IMG/VR virus record: IMGVR_UViG_3300035646_000027
From: a virus
Direction: 5' to 3' (one strand)
DNA length: 5,642 nucleotides
Below the pieces are notes generated by a model, which was given only the letters and a program-made list of their open reading frames with translations, did no database searches and was not told the origin of the DNA. The translations under genes and the position numbers were made by a program. This document shows, in pieces, positions 4,157 through 5,642 of this stretch; the stretch's first letter is position 1, and the number at the start of each line of letters is the position of its first letter.

Positions 4157-5642
4157 TTAGAGTTTCTCAAGCCCTGGTACGCTGTAGAGAGGAATGCAGC
4201 GCGTTGTATTGTTCATTACTCGAATCGCTCCAAAAAACTGCGGTTCGTCCTGAACGATTAGCGTCCTTGCAATTTCTGTTTTGCCCTCGCTCATCCACTC
4301 TTGACTTAGTGTCGGCACTTTGTCGTATTTGTCCGCATAGTGCCAGAAGTCCAGCGTTCCATCTGCGTTACTGCGCATTTTACCACTTACCCTGTCCGGC
4401 TTCATGCGATAGTCTGCCCAGGCTTCCTGATAACCGAAGGTCTCATTATCTGTGCTCGTGCCAGTCAACATGATTTCTTTTTTCTTGACAGGCTGTTCGC
4501 CAATATTTGCGAACTGCGGGAAATAGAAGTCCAGTCTGTCTGAACGGCTCCAGAAGCGTTCAAGGCCCTGCTGATAGCTTCTGTTATGACGTACACACAT
4601 GACACCGATAACAAATCCGTGTTCCTCAAAGCTCTTTGTGAAACTGCTTTCGTTGATAGGTGTTACCGACATTGCACCCGTTTCACCAATAGGCGTGTCG
4701 TTTGCGGTCTGCTGTCCGCTGGTCTGCACGATTTGGTTAATATTTACGTGATAGCGTCCGCCACCCAGATATTCAGGTACCTGAACCGTTTTATCGCTGA
4801 TGCTTACGCCAAAAATTGCACGTACCTGCTCGCGGTAGCGACTGCCGCCGCGTGCCAGCGCTTCGTAATAGTGTTGAACTGCAAAAGCTTGCCGTAGCTG
4901 GTTGATGGTGATTCCTGATACGTTGCTTAGGTCTGTTGCCAATGTTGCAATGTTTGCGTCTGTGCTTCCGCTTGCTGATGCTCCATTGATTTGCGCCGCG
5001 TTTTTCACTGGGTTATTCAAATAATTGTTGTTTTCAATAAATGGTGTTGCGCCGCCGATGCCGTTTAGCCAAATTCTGTCTGCTACGTCTTCACCAGTGA
5101 CATTTGTTACTCTCACTGGTGCTTTTCCTGCAATTCCGACTGCTACTTCCGGCCCTCTCTGCGGATACGGCAGACAGCTTGTAAAGTAGTCGTGGAATTT
5201 TGAGACCGGGAGACAGCGCCCGCCTGCAATTGCTTTCAGTAAGGTATTTTCTTCCTTTTCTTCTCCTTTTGGGTCGTCTCGATATTTTATATCTTCATCA
5301 TCTGTTTTGAATAGCGCTGCATTTCCTACGTTCTGATCTCTGAAGAATTCGTTCCAGATTTTAACGTATGCTCTTACTGGTAGTGCATTGATTTCTACTC
5401 TCCTGTTTTCCTCGTGACTGAATATTTTTGTGGGTACTCCCATGTAGTCAAGGATTGATTCTTCGAAAGGTACTGCATCTTGCGGCGATTCGATTATGAT
5501 TTTTGGCACTCTGTAGGTTTTTTCCGGTTCCCACGGTGTTTGCTCTACTTCACCCATGAAGTATTTGAAGTTGTCCCATAGGATTCTATTAGGACAAAAG
5601 AAGTAGTAAAAATCGATGTATGCATCATCGAAAACAGGATAT
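4157..5642 (-). CDS. VP1: Major capsid protein VP1 (Microviridae F-like jelly-roll capsid). This segment runs from the junction to the stop codon, and the gene continues upstream into 1..273.
   Basis: Six-frame ORF 4157..5557, 466 aa. The minus frame stays open upstream through 5558..5642, reading ...YPVFDDAYIDFYYFFCPNRILWDNFKYF-MGEVEQ.... The motifs YVKIWNEFFRDQN, RFWSRSDRLDFYFPQF and a G/S/N-rich variable insertion are typical of gokushovirus VP1. The TAA stop is at 4159..4157. Confidence 0.9.
   Translation of the reverse strand, partial: YPVFDDAYIDFYYFFCPNRILWDNFKYFMGEVEQTPWEPEKTYRVPKIIIESPQDAVPFEESILDYMGVPTKIFSHEENRRVEINALPVRAYVKIWNEFFRDQNVGNAALFKTDDEDIKYRDDPKGEEKEENTLLKAIAGGRCLPVSKFHDYFTSCLPYPQRGPEVAVGIAGKAPVRVTNVTGEDVADRIWLNGIGGATPFIENNNYLNNPVKNAAQINGASASGSTDANIATLATDLSNVSGITINQLRQAFAVQHYYEALARGGSRYREQVRAIFGVSISDKTVQVPEYLGGGRYHVNINQIVQTSGQQTANDTPIGETGAMSVTPINESSFTKSFEEHGFVIGVMCVRHNRSYQQGLERFWSRSDRLDFYFPQFANIGEQPVKKKEIMLTGTSTDNETFGYQEAWADYRMKPDRVSGKMRSNADGTLDFWHYADKYDKVPTLSQEWMSEGKTEIARTLIVQDEPQFFGAIRVMNNTTRCIPLYSVPGLEKL
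5564..5642. repeat. Second copy of the 79-nt terminal redundancy (circular permutation overlap).
   Basis: Identical to 1..79. Position 5564 corresponds to position 1. Confidence 0.93.

Noticed and set aside
2630-4897. Plus-strand ORFs 2630..2830, 3104..3463, 3501..3758, 3565..3873, 3812..4000, 3898..4101, 4204..4473, 4340..4543 and 4586..4897.
   Set aside because: All lie inside VP4, VP2 or VP1 on the opposite strand. They have Leu/Cys/Phe-rich shadow-ORF composition and no RBS.

Overview
This window is a complete circular ssDNA phage genome of the family Microviridae, gokushovirus-like. It is written as the reverse complement of the coding strand and carries a 79-nt assembly overlap: positions 1..79 equal 5564..5642, so the unit genome is 5563 nt. 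All genes sit on the minus strand. The major capsid gene VP1 (559 aa) crosses the artificial junction (start ATG at 273..271, through position 1, wrapping to 5563 and ending at 4157). VP1 carries the hallmark N-terminal motifs FDAGKLIPFYVDEVLPGDTF and PNRILWDNF. The remaining genes are the VP2 DNA-pilot protein (Q/G/S/N/M-rich, with AYQR...AGLNPILAY), the VP4 rolling-circle replication initiator (HUH motifs FITLTYD / HYHMILYG / YVAGYVTKK plus a CxxC-type zinc finger), a Peptidase_M15-type zinc D,D-peptidase that is probably the lysin, a 39-aa arginine/lysine-rich J-like DNA-binding ORF absent from the ORF track, and four small hypothetical ORFs. The gene order is non-canonical: VP1-VP2-VP4 are coupled by ATGA, and an accessory module lies between VP4 and VP1. 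One dense 490-bp intergenic region (1731..2219) carries a sigma70-like promoter, a TTTCAAC iteron array with phased T-tracts, an AT-rich 13-bp hairpin, a (CTA)n microsatellite, an ATAGGGA/TCCCTAT inverted-repeat cluster, an alternating-CG hairpin with Z-DNA potential, and the intrinsic terminator that closes the VP1-VP2-VP4 unit. All ORF-track ORFs on the plus strand look like antisense shadows.
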